Counted from the first letter of the stretch, positions 36,327 to 46,918 are shown. The stretch is 64,000 nt of DNA from a virus (IMGVR_UViG_3300028591_000070:224001-288000), one strand, 5' to 3'. Notes: a model not told the origin generated them from the sequence alone. Numbers and translations are program-made.

Positions 36327-38180
36327 ATGTCAAGTCCAAGAGTTTTAGCAGGTAAGAAAAATTTCACAACAGTTAATGATGCATGGGAAGATTATTATTC
36401 TGAGAATAAGTTTGCTATTTCAGCAGATGTTCAGAAAGCTCTTAAGTATGTTCCTATTTATTATCAGAAGAAAAATCTTATGGCTATGGCTGCAGCTTAT
36501 TCTCTTTGGAATAGTGCTGAACAGCGATTTGAAATATTCTGTCCTAAGAATGCAGTTTTCCGTTCAACAAACCTTCATGAACTTGGACATATTTATTTCG
36601 GCCACTTAAAAAACTCTCGTAAGTATATTGCTATGGCTGAAAAAATCCTCGAACCTTATAGAAGTCAGATTGCAGATTTTCTTGATATAAGCCGCATGAA
36701 TGCAATCCATGATATTATCAATATTTGTATGGATTTTGAAATCAACTCAAAACTTTTTGTTACTAACAAAGAGCGAGAAGAATTGAATGCCTCAGTTCAA
36801 TTTTATTTAATGAGAAGACACGACACTAGAACTATTAGTTCTTTTATTAGTTCTTTTGATCCTGAAAAACTTTCTAAAGAAACTATAATTTTCTTCCCAG
36901 AAAACTTTGGTTTTCCTGGAAAAAAATCATTTCTTGAATATGTTCAAATGATGGTTGATTATTGTGTTCATCATAAAAAGCCAGAAATTCCACAGAATGG
37001 AACTGGTTCTTCTTATGAAGGTCAACTTTCTAATGAAACTAAAGGTGCAACTGCATTTTCTCTTCCTAGTAATAATACTGAAAATACTTCAAAAAATGAT
37101 GATGCTGAAGGTGACTCACCATTTAATGAAGAAGATGAAAATAATTCTGATGAAGAAAATAAACTTCCTTCATTTAATGAAAATAAATTGGAAGAAGAAA
37201 CTCAGGACAATTCTAACGAAGAAAACCCAGGTTCTGCTTCTTCTCCTAATGAAAATGATAAAGAAGAAGCTAATAGCAATAGTAGCAATAATGAAAAAGG
37301 TAAAGACTCAGTATCTTCAGATACTCCTCAAATTGAAGAAATAGATGATGATACTTTTGCTAAGCGTTTTAGAATTAATCGTGACACTAAAGAACAAAAA
37401 GATAACATTAAAGGAGAAGACTGCCGAGCTAATCGCAGAAATAGCGAACCTCTTTATGAACTTGAAGGTGAATCTCTTGACAATGAAATCTATAACTCTA
37501 AAACTTGGATGCTAGACCATGAAAGAGAAGAGGAAGAAATAAATAATCTTAAAGGAAAGGTTGACATAGCTTCTAATGCTTCTGAGATTAACAACTTTAT
37601 TCTTAAGAATGCTCTTCCTTCTATTGATATTTCATCTTATAATGATATTTTATACAACTATAATCGTGGTAAAACAACAGATGTATTTATCAATAAGGTA
37701 AGAACTCGTTCAACTTTCAGAAAGCCAAATGTTCATATTTTCACTGATGTTTCTGGCTCAATGGATGCTGAATATACTAAAAAGGTTGTAAAAGCTGTAA
37801 AAGCAATTAGCAGCCGTATTGATACTCGCTCATCAATTACATTTTATAATGAATGGGCCTTGAATACTGAAAAGTTTACAACTCTTAGTGATGAAGTTAT
37901 AAATAAATCATTTGTTGGTGGTGGCACTGAACTCGCTAGATCACTTAACAGAAATTATGTTAAAACTCAGGAAAATAACTCAGCTAATACTTTGGTTATT
38001 ATTTCAGATTTTTGTGATAATATCAGTGCAATTAAAAAATCATTTGATAATATCAAATCTACAATTCTTTGTATTGAAGTTGGAAACTCTAATAATGATG
38101 ATGTTGCTCAAGAATTCAAAGAAAATGAAATTAACAATGTAAAACACATAAAAATCGTAAATCGTCAATATGCTGCATAA
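36327..38180 (+). CDS. HExxH metallopeptidase-like / vWA protein (DUF2201-like)
   Basis: HELGH, DFEIN, acidic N/S/E linker, DVSGSM MIDAS, GGGT, ISD. Confidence 0.85.
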   Translation: MSSPRVLAGKKNFTTVNDAWEDYYSENKFAISADVQKALKYVPIYYQKKNLMAMAAAYSLWNSAEQRFEIFCPKNAVFRSTNLHELGHIYFGHLKNSRKYIAMAEKILEPYRSQIADFLDISRMNAIHDIINICMDFEINSKLFVTNKEREELNASVQFYLMRRHDTRTISSFISSFDPEKLSKETIIFFPENFGFPGKKSFLEYVQMMVDYCVHHKKPEIPQNGTGSSYEGQLSNETKGATAFSLPSNNTENTSKNDDAEGDSPFNEEDENNSDEENKLPSFNENKLEEETQDNSNEENPGSASSPNENDKEEANSNSSNNEKGKDSVSSDTPQIEEIDDDTFAKRFRINRDTKEQKDNIKGEDCRANRRNSEPLYELEGESLDNEIYNSKTWMLDHEREEEEINNLKGKVDIASNASEINNFILKNALPSIDISSYNDILYNYNRGKTTDVFINKVRTRSTFRKPNVHIFTDVSGSMDAEYTKKVVKAVKAISSRIDTRSSITFYNEWALNTEKFTTLSDEVINKSFVGGGTELARSLNRNYVKTQENNSANTLVIISDFCDNISAIKKSFDNIKSTILCIEVGNSNNDDVAQEFKENEINNVKHIKIVNRQYAA

Positions 38181-38185
38181 TTGAT

Positions 38186-38220
38186 AAAAATCGCATTTTA
38201 TTAAAAAATGCGATTTTTTT
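38186..38220 (+). terminator. intrinsic terminator
   Basis: AAAAATCGCATTTT...AAAATGCGATTTTTTT. Confidence 0.75.
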
Positions 38221-38256
38221 GAATTTATTAAAACCTTAAGGTATTATCTATATAAG
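38219..38256 (+). promoter_or_regulatory. sigma70-type (early-class) promoter
   Basis: TTGAAT-N17-TATTAT-CTATATAAG. Confidence 0.7.
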
Positions 38257-38283
38257 AAAACTTAAACAAAAGAGGTAAACTTT

Positions 38284-39597
38284 ATGAAAAATTTTGACAA
38301 AATGGTAAATGCTATTTCCCTTTCAAAGGATAGCGACGTTCCTTTCCTTTTAGTAGGAAATCCTGGTTTTGGTAAAACAACTGTAGTTCATGCTTGGGCT
38401 AAACAGAATGGTTACCATGTAGAAGAAATTATGGGTTCTTCATTCTCGCGTGATGAAGTTCTTGGTTACATGGTAAATGTAAATGGTTCTCTTGAAATGC
38501 TCGCTCCTTTTTGGTTCAAGAGAATTAAGAAACTTGCTGATGAAGGTACAAAATCAGTTTTATTTATTGATGAACTTTCAACAACTGGTGGTGATGTTCA
38601 GTCATCTCTCCTTCGTCTTATTTTTGAGCGTACAATTGGAAATGGTGATATGCTTCCTGAAGGAACTATCGTAATGTCAGCTGCTAACTATAAAGCAAAT
38701 CTTCCTGGTTACTGTGATGTTTCTTCTCCTGCTGTAAATCGTTTCTGTATTATCAATTTGGAAGAAGCTTCTCTTGAAACAATGGTTGATGACTATGTTA
38801 TCAATGAAATGCCTACTCCAAAAACTCCTAAGTTTGGTACAATCAATCCTTCAAAGTTACCTGACATCAGTGCTAAGATTGGTCTTTCAATGAAGAAGAC
38901 TTTTGTTAAATATTCAAATGGTGATGATGGCGGAAATGTACTCAACCCACTTAATCATAATCTCCAGATTTATGATGTTGAAAATGATACAAACACAAAG
39001 CGCCTTGCAAACTTTATCTCAGGTCGTTGTCTCAGCTATCTTAAGAGAGTACTTATAAGTATTGCAAAGTCTGATATTGAAGAAATTGAGCCACTTATCC
39101 GTGGAGCTGTAGAAGGTCTGGTAGGTGCTGGTACAAATACATTCCCAAGTGAAACTGTTCAGGAAGCATATATTTCTTATATGACAGACTCTTTTGTGGA
39201 AGATGTTGAAAAAATCCGTAGAATGTATGTAAAATATGATGCTACTCCAGCTTATGAAGCTATAACAGAAAAGCTAGTTGAAGACACAAAAGCTACTGCT
39301 TCTTCATCAAATCCTGATGAACTCTTCGAAAATATTCGCCGCAATGTAGAATATAACCCAGAAGAAAGAGAACAGATTGTTGCTGATATGGACCAGCTCG
39401 CTGTTGCACTTAAAATCAAAGGTCGCAACTTCGAAAAGAAGTATGCAACAAACCCTCTCTTTGCAGCAACTTGTAATTACATCATGAGTGTTTATACAAA
39501 TTATGTAAAAGCAAATCGTCTTAATCGCGAACTTGTAAATTATGTAAAGTATTATATGAACCGCATGGAAGAAACTTCTAAATCAGAAGTAGCTTAA
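38284..39597 (+). CDS. MoxR-like AAA+ ATPase
   Basis: GNPGFGKT, LFIDEL, SAAN, NRF; adjacent to the vWA gene. Confidence 0.88.
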   Translation: MKNFDKMVNAISLSKDSDVPFLLVGNPGFGKTTVVHAWAKQNGYHVEEIMGSSFSRDEVLGYMVNVNGSLEMLAPFWFKRIKKLADEGTKSVLFIDELSTTGGDVQSSLLRLIFERTIGNGDMLPEGTIVMSAANYKANLPGYCDVSSPAVNRFCIINLEEASLETMVDDYVINEMPTPKTPKFGTINPSKLPDISAKIGLSMKKTFVKYSNGDDGGNVLNPLNHNLQIYDVENDTNTKRLANFISGRCLSYLKRVLISIAKSDIEEIEPLIRGAVEGLVGAGTNTFPSETVQEAYISYMTDSFVEDVEKIRRMYVKYDATPAYEAITEKLVEDTKATASSSNPDELFENIRRNVEYNPEEREQIVADMDQLAVALKIKGRNFEKKYATNPLFAATCNYIMSVYTNYVKANRLNRELVNYVKYYMNRMEETSKSEVA

Positions 39598-39623
39598 TAT
39601 AAAAAGTTTACCTAAGTTTTCTT

Positions 39624-39653
39624 AAGGGACCCTCTTACCAGGGGTCCCTTTTT
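39624..39653 (+). terminator. intrinsic terminator
   Basis: AAGGGACCC-loop-GGGTCCCTTTTT. Confidence 0.8.
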
Positions 39654-39660
39654 CATTTGT

Positions 39661-39675
39661 GTTAATATTACTAAT
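39661..39675 (+). promoter_or_regulatory. abutting GTTAATATT + ACTAAT motifs
   Basis: GTTAATATT-ACTAAT, 7 nt before ATG 39683. Confidence 0.6.
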
Positions 39676-39682
39676 AATTATT

Positions 39683-40027
39683 ATGAATGAAAATACAGTA
39701 AACTTGGGCATTGACTCAACATTAAAAGAATATCATAAGGGTGATCATATTTTCTCAGTTGATTTTGGTAAAAATGCTGAAGATGAAAAACCTTCTTTCG
39801 AAATCCATGAATATGAGATTAAGTCTGTTATAAACTCTCATTTTGAGAATACTGAAGGAACATTCTATAAGATCGCCGACATTAAGCATCCCAGAGTAGA
39901 AATCAAAACTAATCTCAAATCAGGATTTTTTACTACTCCAAAAGAAGCTGCAGATGAGTTTATTAGCTCAATGGAATATATCTTAGAAGAAGCAAGAAGG
40001 TCATATAGTGAGCAATTCAGCGACTAA
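39683..40027 (+). CDS. hypothetical protein
   Basis: Start moved to ATG 39683. Confidence 0.7.
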   Translation: MNENTVNLGIDSTLKEYHKGDHIFSVDFGKNAEDEKPSFEIHEYEIKSVINSHFENTEGTFYKIADIKHPRVEIKTNLKSGFFTTPKEAADEFISSMEYILEEARRSYSEQFSD

Positions 40028-41150
40028 TCTTTTTGATGAGCTTGAATATAAAAGCTCTAAAATGAAAGTGGACTTACCCTATGGTGGTAGTCCAAAATAT
40101 AATTTACATAATCTCAATTTTATTGCTGAGAAATTTGGTTATTCAATTTTAAAATCTATTTATGGTAAAGAAGTTTATAAAACTTCTGCAAATCAAGCGA
40201 AAGGCTATTTCAAGAATAGAGAAAAAGAATTTAACTCTGTTTATGGGCATCTGATTCAAGATGGTTTTAATTATCGAATAGCTACAACAATAGATCTGGA
40301 TAAAAAGATTGTTCAAATCCCAGAAAGTGAGCAAGAATTATTTAAGCCAGAAAATAGATTATTCTTTTTTAAGAATAATTTTTTTGTTATTCTAGACTCA
40401 AGCAGATGCAGCAAATATGTTGATTATTACTATAATGATGTGAATAATCTAACTATTGATTTGGCACGCATGATTGAAAAAGAAGATTATATCAATTTTG
40501 GTTTATTAGATGGAACTAAAGTTGTTACTGCAAAAGGTACATTTGATAAAGACTTAAATCCTATATCTGAAAACTTTTTGAAAGCTTCTTTGAAAGGTTG
40601 TACAGCTTTTGCTCGACCAAAATATTATGCAATTCATAAAAATCGGTCTACATTTGAGGGACAATCTTTTGCATCAGCTGAAACTCTTATAAAAGAATTA
40701 AACCTAGATAATTCTGCTTCTTGGATTTGCCGTATTTCTAAGAAAAATGCTGATGTTTATGAGACCTTAAATAACCGCTCTTTTTTGAGCCAAGATCTTG
40801 TAAACTTCAAAGAGTTGAATGACTATATTATCATTAAGTCTGATAATGATGATTTCTTAAAAGAAGCTTATGGTCATTTCTTAGAAGTTCAAACTGATTT
40901 AGATGCTTTGGATAAATTGTCTTATGCTGAGAATAGTAAGACTTGTAAAGTATCAGATGCTCTTAAACTATTTACTTGTAAATCTAAGGAAGAGCGCGAA
41001 TATTATAAAGATCAACTCAAAGAGTTAAAAAAGAATATGGGAAATGCTTTCTCAGTTAATAATATTAAAGAGAAATTAGAACTTAATGAGATTAAATCAT
41101 TTAAGTATGAAGATAATGGAAACTATACCTATTATAGTTGGGTAAAATAA
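40008..41150 (+). CDS. hypothetical protein, possible NUMOD1-like HTH segment
   Basis: 380 aa; FEGQSFASAETLIKELNL weakly resembles NUMOD1. Confidence 0.55.
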   Translation: MSNSATNLFDELEYKSSKMKVDLPYGGSPKYNLHNLNFIAEKFGYSILKSIYGKEVYKTSANQAKGYFKNREKEFNSVYGHLIQDGFNYRIATTIDLDKKIVQIPESEQELFKPENRLFFFKNNFFVILDSSRCSKYVDYYYNDVNNLTIDLARMIEKEDYINFGLLDGTKVVTAKGTFDKDLNPISENFLKASLKGCTAFARPKYYAIHKNRSTFEGQSFASAETLIKELNLDNSASWICRISKKNADVYETLNNRSFLSQDLVNFKELNDYIIIKSDNDDFLKEAYGHFLEVQTDLDALDKLSYAENSKTCKVSDALKLFTCKSKEEREYYKDQLKELKKNMGNAFSVNNIKEKLELNEIKSFKYEDNGNYTYYSWVK

Positions 41151-41151
41151 G

Positions 41152-41481
41152 ATGGCTACAATTATAGAGTTTGAAGATAATTTAATTTGGGTTACATGTT
41201 CAGGTTCTCAATTCCAAGATCAGATAGAATCTTGTAAGTATCTCAAAATGAATTATAATCCCTCTAAAAAGAAGTGGTCTATAAGTCCAGGAAAAATAAA
41301 AGAAGTAATGGATGAGTTCTCAGCTTATGGTATTCAATTATCTGAGTATGATAAAGAAGCCATCAATAATTATATTGATGGCCTTTCAAACTTTCATAGA
41401 ATAGTTAAGCGTTCAGAAAGACGGCATTTCAATTTAAGTTTAATGAAAAAACCACCTTTTATTCCACCTAGCAGTTCTTAA
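41152..41481 (+). CDS. short protein resembling the N-terminal (HARP-like) part of SF2 helicases
   Basis: YNPSKKKWSI motif; ends at KKPPF, where a helicase Q-motif would normally follow. Confidence 0.35.
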   Translation: MATIIEFEDNLIWVTCSGSQFQDQIESCKYLKMNYNPSKKKWSISPGKIKEVMDEFSAYGIQLSEYDKEAINNYIDGLSNFHRIVKRSERRHFNLSLMKKPPFIPPSSS

Positions 41482-42751
41482 TGCTATCTTTTGTAGTAAT
41501 ATCACAATATTTCATTTGCGCTCTAAAACATTTATAAGATAAAAATAAATTATTGGTTGAAATAAGTGGTACTCCCATAAATACACAAATTTTACAAGTT
41601 TTTAGTTCATCAGCATATTTTACCATTTCTTTAATGTTCTTTATAGTAGCAGGTTTATTTTTTAATACTTTAGGTTCAAACATAAATCTAAATACATTAA
41701 ACTGGTAATCCATTAATTTAGAAGTAAAATCATATCCTTTATATTTTTCTTGTTCAGGTGTGCACTTTCCCAGATTGATACACTCTTGTTTTGCAATAGC
41801 TTGAATAACTTTTCTCTTATGTCTATAATAAAGCATTAGCTTTATAATAATTTTTAAGGTCTCTGTCATAATAACGATGCTTATTAAAATAAGAATGATA
41901 TTAGTTGTATAATACCAAATATTTGAAATTCTATAAATTTCTGAATAAGATGCGGCACTTAAAACTTTATAATAGAAAATATAAGTAACAATAAGATCAA
42001 TACATAATAATAATGCACCAAATACTCCAAATTGTCTTTTCTTAAAAATATCATTGTTTATTTTTAGAATTCCAGATTTATTTTGATTAGCAGTTTTAAT
42101 ATCTCTCCACTCTAAATGATATAAAATTTCACATACAATTAAAAATCCTAAAGTTAAAATTATTCCAACTACAACTAAAAATATTGCACTATGGGCGCAT
42201 GAATTTAAATTTTCCAAAGTAAACTTTGTTCTATTTATGTCTACAACTCTAACGGCTTTCTTAATTTCTTGTAAAATTTCATTAGTTTGAATAAGACTTG
42301 CATCATATTTATTTTCAGCTAAATAATAAATTTGTATACCTAAAATAGAGACGCCTACGGAAATAATTGAAATAACTAAAAATAAGATTTCAAAAAATCT
42401 TCCATAGCAATATGAAAACTTCTTATAATTTTTTATTCCAGACTCTAATGCAAATTGGAAATGACTAGAATAATTATTTGGAAGGATCTTTATAGCTATA
42501 AATAAAGCTGTTGCAATTTTAAGTGGTACTAATATTTTATTACAAAAATCAATATCAAAATGATTTCTACAAAACCAAATGCTTGCTGCAAAAAATAAAA
42601 CTACCATATTTTTAGATAAAATAAACATTTGTGTCTTAATAGATTTATCAATATAGCTTAATCCTGGGTTATCAGATTTATAGCACCTAAAATCATTTAA
42701 GATAAATGGTAAAAATCCAAAAGCTAAAACTAATATAAGAGCATATTCCAT
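41468..42751 (-). CDS. polytopic membrane protein
   Basis: About 7 hydrophobic segments. Confidence 0.7.
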   Translation of the reverse strand: MEYALILVLAFGFLPFILNDFRCYKSDNPGLSYIDKSIKTQMFILSKNMVVLFFAASIWFCRNHFDIDFCNKILVPLKIATALFIAIKILPNNYSSHFQFALESGIKNYKKFSYCYGRFFEILFLVISIISVGVSILGIQIYYLAENKYDASLIQTNEILQEIKKAVRVVDINRTKFTLENLNSCAHSAIFLVVVGIILTLGFLIVCEILYHLEWRDIKTANQNKSGILKINNDIFKKRQFGVFGALLLCIDLIVTYIFYYKVLSAASYSEIYRISNIWYYTTNIILILISIVIMTETLKIIIKLMLYYRHKRKVIQAIAKQECINLGKCTPEQEKYKGYDFTSKLMDYQFNVFRFMFEPKVLKNKPATIKNIKEMVKYADELKTCKICVFMGVPLISTNNLFLSYKCFRAQMKYCDITTKDSIKNC

Positions 42752-42752
42752 A

Positions 42753-43616
42753 TTATTTATCCTCCTTAGTTTTAATAGTTACATTAATTGCAGTTTTATA
42801 TCCTTTTGTAATTCCTACAAATAAAATCTGTAAAAGGATATAAGATATGGCTTTTACAATTGTAATTGATGCTAAAGAATCAACATAAAATATTATTAAA
42901 AGAGTTAAACCATCACATAATAAAATATTGTACAATAACTCTATGTTTTCTTGTTTGCTAATAGTTACCAGCTCTCTAATCTTTGTGTTCCCAAATAAAA
43001 GTTTTCTTAAGCTTTCTTTTTTCTTAGATTGAAGTTTATGTAAGAAAACGCATAAAAGAACAAAACAGAATGTTGCCACAATACAGAAACTTGAAACACT
43101 ACCAATAGTTGTTCCAATAGGTCTAGAATGTTTTGTTGCTCCTATGTAAATAGCACATAATAAAATGCTTAATAATGACTCTAATAAGCAATAATTATTT
43201 TTTAATAAACTCATAAAATTATTGCTATTACGAATATAGTATAATAAAATGGCAATAGCAATTAAAGATGCACTTAATATAGCCATGATTTGAATACTCA
43301 ATTCTGAATATGAAACCAACTCAATATTTATTGGAATACCACAATAAGCATAAAGAGCTAATATTAGATAAAAACTATTTAAGACTAAAAGTGAACAGAT
43401 TATTAAAAAATATGAAGCGATCATTAAGCTGACATGCCGATAAGAATATAAGATTGGTTGATTATCTCTGATTTGAAATAATTTTTTAATTAAAAAACAA
43501 ACATTATCCTTAAAAGACATTTTAAGAACGCTTAAATGAACTAGTACTGAGATTGCAAAAGTTGCTATTAAATATATCAATTCAGTACTAGCTAGATTAG
43601 CAAAACTACTTATCAC
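42753..43616 (-). CDS. polytopic membrane protein
   Basis: About 7 hydrophobic segments. Confidence 0.7.
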   Translation of the reverse strand: MISSFANLASTELIYLIATFAISVLVHLSVLKMSFKDNVCFLIKKLFQIRDNQPILYSYRHVSLMIASYFLIICSLLVLNSFYLILALYAYCGIPINIELVSYSELSIQIMAILSASLIAIAILLYYIRNSNNFMSLLKNNYCLLESLLSILLCAIYIGATKHSRPIGTTIGSVSSFCIVATFCFVLLCVFLHKLQSKKKESLRKLLFGNTKIRELVTISKQENIELLYNILLCDGLTLLIIFYVDSLASITIVKAISYILLQILFVGITKGYKTAINVTIKTKEDK

Positions 43617-44415
43617 TCTGGCTTTCCTCCAATTTTGAGAGGAACGCCGAAATTGTGTTGTTTAAGTCATTGTCGAACTGCTTATCTTTAAGTTTGAATT
43701 CAGGAATTAAACGTGTTAGAATATCACCAACTTTAAGCTTGGCTTGTTCCTCAATAATTGTATTGATGGTTTTTGTATCAACCATATCGCGGCATGGGTC
43801 GTCGCGGCCTACAAAAACATTCATATAGATTTCTTTTATCTCAGAGATGATCATATCTTTCTTCTGAGCTTTTTCTGAGTCTGAAGCATTTTCGTCTTCT
43901 AATTCAATAATATCTTTAACACCGTTTGTAATCTTTGTGATAACATCTTTCTCAAATGATGCTAATTCCATAAGGTTTTTAAGATATTTAAGAGAGTCTG
44001 GCTGCAATAAAAAATCTTTATCATCACCTTTATAGTCGTCATTTAATGATGTCTCATAACAACCTTGAATTGCTTTAATATAATCTTCTAGACGATCTTT
44101 TGTTTTATCTGTGAGTTCTTGGAAGTGATTTTGTGCGTCATTAATAATTTCATAAGAGAACTCTAAGATTGAAGTTTTAAGGTCATCATCCAAATGAATC
44201 GGTTTTGATTCTTTATTTTTCTTTTCTTTATTTTTCCAAAAATTACCACCAAATGTACCCCATTTAGTTTTAATTTCAAGCCCAAATAAAGGAAGAATAA
44301 ATTTATTTAAAATACCAATAACCACAGCTGCGGCCAAAATAATGAGAATAATCTTTCCACCAGCTGTGCTTAAAAGGTCGATTAAATTTTTTGTGAGAGC
44401 AACTTTATCTTCCAT
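43606..44415 (-). CDS. N-anchored membrane protein with helical soluble domain
   Basis: Single N-terminal TM; ACTAAC motif at 44423-44428, 7 nt before ATG. Confidence 0.7.
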   Translation of the reverse strand: MEDKVALTKNLIDLLSTAGGKIILIILAAAVVIGILNKFILPLFGLEIKTKWGTFGGNFWKNKEKKNKESKPIHLDDDLKTSILEFSYEIINDAQNHFQELTDKTKDRLEDYIKAIQGCYETSLNDDYKGDDKDFLLQPDSLKYLKNLMELASFEKDVITKITNGVKDIIELEDENASDSEKAQKKDMIISEIKEIYMNVFVGRDDPCRDMVDTKTINTIIEEQAKLKVGDILTRLIPEFKLKDKQFDNDLNNTISAFLSKLEESQSDK

Positions 44416-44423
44416 AATATAAG

Positions 44424-44906
44424 TTAGTTGATGATTTTGTCTAACTCTATTATGTAATTATCGAAGTTGAGATTAGTTCTATTCATTGTCTTCCAATACT
44501 CAATAATAAGTTTAATATCTTCACGGCAGAGAATAAGATAGTTATCTCTTTGGCTTTTTACTTTATCTTCTTCTTGAGTTAAAGCTTCTAGTTTTGCAGC
44601 ATCTTGTTTAACCTCTTCCATATTATATGACTGAGGCTGTGTATAAATACCAGGTAATTGTCCAGATCCTACACCTTTTCCACTAAGGTTATTTGATTTA
44701 TATTTACTCTGAATATCCAATGCTTCTGTAGTAATGTTTAGATAATCAACCATGCATTCTTTATACAAAGCAATATTATTATTCAAATCTTGAATGGCGG
44801 CCATCAATTTAGCGATAGCAGCAACACTTTGATTTGTAAGTGAGTTTATATTATCTGTATCTCTTTTAGAAAGATTTTGTGGATTATATTCTTCTAATTT
44901 TTCCAT
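44424..44906 (-). CDS. coiled-coil hypothetical protein
   Basis: Start moved to ATG 44906 (AAGGAG SD). Confidence 0.65.
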   Translation of the reverse strand: MEKLEEYNPQNLSKRDTDNINSLTNQSVAAIAKLMAAIQDLNNNIALYKECMVDYLNITTEALDIQSKYKSNNLSGKGVGSGQLPGIYTQPQSYNMEEVKQDAAKLEALTQEEDKVKSQRDNYLILCREDIKLIIEYWKTMNRTNLNFDNYIIELDKIIN

Positions 44907-44916
44907 AGTAATCTCC

Positions 44917-46110
44917 TTAGTTATGATATCCAAATGTGTGCATATTTGTTACTTCATAAACAATGCCATTTTCCCAGATTTCTTCCTTAAATACAGGGGT
45001 ATCATGGAATTTTGTTACAGAAACAAAGTAATGCGTAAGAGTTCTTTCTAATTCCGCACTTTCTTCAGGTGTATTAGCTATAGGCCATTTGTTAGAAAGA
45101 TAATGTTTTTCAAGCATTGTAATCTTTACAGGCTTTTCAACGTGTATTGTTGACTCAATTCTAGCATAGTTATTGTGGAAATAATCAATTGCTGAGAATA
45201 AGAAATTGTCTGCATCAAGTCTACTAGCAAATGAGAATGTTACAGAGTTTGTATCAACTGAAACTTTTCTACCAGTTGCTGAAGTCTTAAACTCAATAGG
45301 TTCATGAGACTCATCAAAAGTAAGACCATTAACATCATCACTTGTAGGCCATTTAATTTCATCAAATCCAGGATTTTTAAGAATGTTAACCAAGTCAAAT
45401 TCTCTTGAAATGTCAACTCTCTTATGAGGTGCTTGAACTTTAATCAATTCTGGAGCAGCAGTTTCTTGATATTCGTCATCAATAATATGCTTATGTTCTG
45501 CAGCTTCTTCATTACCCCAGCATAAAGCAACATCATATTTAATAAGATGGTCTAAATCATGTAATCTTGTTCTGTGGGTTTTAGCATACTCAAAAATGGT
45601 CATTAATTTCTCTAATGTTTCTCTTAAATCTGAATATTGATCTTCAAGTTTTGTAAGCTTAAATTCTACCCATTCTGGAGCTTTTCTTCCTTCAGCAGAA
45701 TTATAAGCAGTATAAAGTTCACCATAGTCTTCTTTAGGACTCTTAAACTCTTTTAATATACCTCTATTAATTAAAACTCTAACATATTGTTCACGAGCAT
45801 TTATAAACCAGTGAGTTGAACTAGCAATCTTCCAAGGACCACTTTCACGTAATTTACCATATTTATAAAACCATTGTCTTTCTTCTTCAGTTAGAGTATG
45901 GATATTTTCTCCAGCTTGAATTTGTTCTTTTGGAGCATCTAATAACCAAATTTGTTCAAGAGTTGTAATATAATAATTTCCATGGTCGATCTCAGCATTA
46001 AAATTAAGGTCATTTAGTCTTTGAACAACATCTCTGAGGTCACGGTTCCAGTTAAAAGTATTATCTTTTAATTCTTGTATTTTAGAAAGAATATCATCAA
46101 TCTTAGCCAT
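44917..46110 (-). CDS. late-class hypothetical protein (possible virion protein)
   Basis: 397 aa; ACTAAT at 46117-46122, 6 nt before ATG. Confidence 0.7.
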   Translation of the reverse strand: MAKIDDILSKIQELKDNTFNWNRDLRDVVQRLNDLNFNAEIDHGNYYITTLEQIWLLDAPKEQIQAGENIHTLTEEERQWFYKYGKLRESGPWKIASSTHWFINAREQYVRVLINRGILKEFKSPKEDYGELYTAYNSAEGRKAPEWVEFKLTKLEDQYSDLRETLEKLMTIFEYAKTHRTRLHDLDHLIKYDVALCWGNEEAAEHKHIIDDEYQETAAPELIKVQAPHKRVDISREFDLVNILKNPGFDEIKWPTSDDVNGLTFDESHEPIEFKTSATGRKVSVDTNSVTFSFASRLDADNFLFSAIDYFHNNYARIESTIHVEKPVKITMLEKHYLSNKWPIANTPEESAELERTLTHYFVSVTKFHDTPVFKEEIWENGIVYEVTNMHTFGYHN

Positions 46111-46181
46111 ATTTTAATTAGTTATCTATGAATATTTTTTGACAGTAGAGGTATATTCTTTATATAGTGAGGTAATAACTT

Positions 46182-46433
46182 ATGCAAATTTTTAAGTCAA
46201 AGCTTTATCTTCCAGATGAAAGAGAGCCAGCTGGAAATGCTTATTGTATTCTTGGATTTATTGATGAGGTAATGAGCAAAGCTTATGAAGCTACCCATGA
46301 GGATGAACGTTTTAATAAAGAAGCTCGCACTGCTTATCAGAAAGATGCAACCTCTGGAGATTATGACCATCTTCGTAATGTTTCTCAGAAAATTCTAAAC
46401 TTAGTAAATGACTATGATGGAGTTATTCTTTAA
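46182..46433 (+). CDS. hypothetical early protein
   Basis: GTATATTCT...GAGGT upstream; GNAY.ILG...ATSGDYDHL conserved phage motif. Confidence 0.7.
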   Translation: MQIFKSKLYLPDEREPAGNAYCILGFIDEVMSKAYEATHEDERFNKEARTAYQKDATSGDYDHLRNVSQKILNLVNDYDGVIL

Positions 46434-46918
46434 TGGAGCGCTTTAATAATTATGCAGATCATATGAGTAAAAATTGGGGATTTAACTCAACCGAAATTTT
46501 TGATGTTCTAAATATGTGTCCGCAATTAAAGCCTGAATCTAATATGGTCGTTCAAGTTGGAGATCATGGTCCCGTAGTTACTTTTGATATTGTTCATAGA
46601 GTTGTTTTGAATGATGACTGGTATGGAAAAGATAATGCTCAAATTGATAGAGATAGTTTTCATGGGCCAAAATTACCAAAACTTACTTATGGTGAATTTC
46701 TTGAAATTTTAACTGAAAATTCAGATAAACATTTTACTATTGCTGATATGTCTGGTATTGCTGAAATTGCTATTTGTGAAAACTTTGAAGAACTTAAAAA
46801 ATATGTAAAAGCTTATGAATATTATGATGTCTGCGAAAAAGATTTGAAAAAAGCAAACTTAACTTATCCAGTTATTGTATTTAATGACTCTAGCTATAAT
46901 GATGCTTTCAAGGAGTAA
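46433..46918 (+). CDS. hypothetical protein
   Basis: Coupled ORF. Confidence 0.7.
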   Translation: MERFNNYADHMSKNWGFNSTEIFDVLNMCPQLKPESNMVVQVGDHGPVVTFDIVHRVVLNDDWYGKDNAQIDRDSFHGPKLPKLTYGEFLEILTENSDKHFTIADMSGIAEIAICENFEELKKYVKAYEYYDVCEKDLKKANLTYPVIVFNDSSYNDAFKE

